From the NCBI GenBank assembly GCA_963797555.1, contig CAWCPV010000009.1, positions 128,001 to 192,000 of the forward strand: DNA of 64,000 bases, read 5' to 3'. The first letter of the stretch is position 1. Every line of letters begins with the position of its first letter. This document shows positions 62,723-64,000 of the stretch, piece by piece. Source of the DNA: an uncultured Gammaproteobacteria bacterium (GTDB lineage Bacteria > Pseudomonadota > Gammaproteobacteria > CAWCPV01). The translations under genes were made by a program, and so were the position numbers. The notes under the pieces are model-generated. The model searched no databases. It worked only from the letters and a program-made list of their open reading frames with translations, and was not told where the DNA came from.

Positions 62723-63878
62723 ATGAGATTCCGCTCCACGTATCCCGCCGCCGCAACCTCCGAACTCTTCCGCCTCGCCCATACGACGGGCGTCGAGCCC
62801 GGCGCGCTGGTCCAGGCTTGTCTCGCTCAGCTCGGCCCTCTGCCGGCCGATGCGAACCTGGGCTTCATCTACGCCAGCGACGCTCTGGCCCGCGAGCTGG
62901 AGGCCCTGGTGCGCCTGCTCAAGCAGGCCACCGGCATCGAGAGCTGGGTCGGCAGCGTGGGTGTGGCCATCAGTGTGACCGGCCACGAGTACTACGACCA
63001 ACCGGTCCTGGCCGTGATGGTCGGGAGCGTGCCTCCTGAAGGCCTGCATCTGATCCCCTCGCTCACGGCCGGCATCGAGGGCTTCCGCGCCGAGTGCGGC
63101 GAATGGCTGAGTGTGCACCAGCCCCACTTCGGGATCGTGCATGGAGACCCGACAAACCCCGCGACCCCCAGCCTGCTTTACAAGCTGGCGGAAGACACTG
63201 GGGCCTTCTTCGTCGGCGGCATCACCTCTTCGCAAAGCCAGAACCTGCAGGTGAGCGGCGGGATCGTCCGCGGCGGCATCTCGGGGGTGCTGTTCGACCA
63301 AGCGGTGGAGGTCCTCACCAGCCACACCCAGGGCTGTGCTCCCATCGGTCCGAAGCACCGGATCACCCACGCCGTCGGCAACGTCCTCGCCGAGCTGGAC
63401 GGAACGTCCTGCCCTGGACGTGTTCAAGGAGGACATCGGCCAGGTCCTCGCGAAGGACCTCCAGCGCGTCGCCGGCTATATCTTCGCGGGGCTGCCGATC
63501 GCAGGCTCGGATACCAGCGATTACATGGTGCGCAACCTTATCGGGATAGACCTCGGGCAGAAGCTGCTCGCCATCGGTGAGCATCTGACACCGGGGGAGG
63601 AGATCATGTTCTGCCGGCGCGATGGAAACACGGCCCGCGAGGACATGTTGCGCATGCTGCGCGACCTCAAGGCCCGCGCCCAGGGGCGCCAGATCCGGGG
63701 AGGGGTCTACTACTCCTGCCTGGGCCGCGGTCGCTACCAGTTCGGCGAGGACTCCGAAGAGCTCAAGATGATCGCCGAGGAGCACGGAGACTTCCCGCTG
63801 GTCGGTTTCTTCGCCAACGGCGAAATTTTCCACAACCGCCTCTACGGCTACACGGGTGTGCTGACGCTGTTTCTGTGA
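62723..63878 (+). CDS. FIST/NosP-family sensory protein, frameshift at ~63403
   Basis: FVGGITS, TQGCAPIG, ELDGRPAL, VRNLIGID, YYSCLGRG, GFFANGEI and YTGVL motifs. Confidence 0.9.
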
Positions 63879-64000
63879 ATGCCGCGAGGGGGCCTGTTCG
63901 AGCGGCAGGCTAAATAAGCTGTCCGTTACCATTCCCTGTCCGCGGGCGCGAGAGCCGGCAGCGAGACCAGTCGAGACGATAAGGTCGCCCCAAAGCAGTA

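Overview
High-GC bacterial chromosomal window, most likely from a gammaproteobacterium (rpsP-rimM-trmD-rplS-ogt-xerD synteny, plus argE and mazG). Intact housekeeping and envelope genes alternate with heavily degraded accessory DNA. I count nine IS elements or remnants from eight families: IS1634 x2, IS630, an IS200/IS605-derived miniature element, IS66, IS1380, ISL3, IS21 and IS4. Several have readable terminal repeats and target duplications, and two are nested in other elements. There is also a modular MITE-like repeat family, a 236-bp perfect direct repeat bracketing a ~6.3-kb island, a damaged rmlBACD operon, a CO-dehydrogenase cluster lacking coxL, remnants of a contractile-injection-system-like locus, and many fused gene fragments. 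I found no tRNA, rRNA or CRISPR array, and no complete novel multi-gene system can be demonstrated from the sequence alone. The best leads are: four frameshifts that all fall on GACGTC (a possible methylation footprint); the nested MITE/IS200-like element; an IS66-type element carrying a DUF4338 gene; a two-gene GT-C plus PIG-L/GT2 envelope-modification module; and a small Cys-containing ABM/SOR-fold-like protein behind a palindromic operator. All family assignments come from motif recognition, not database searches.
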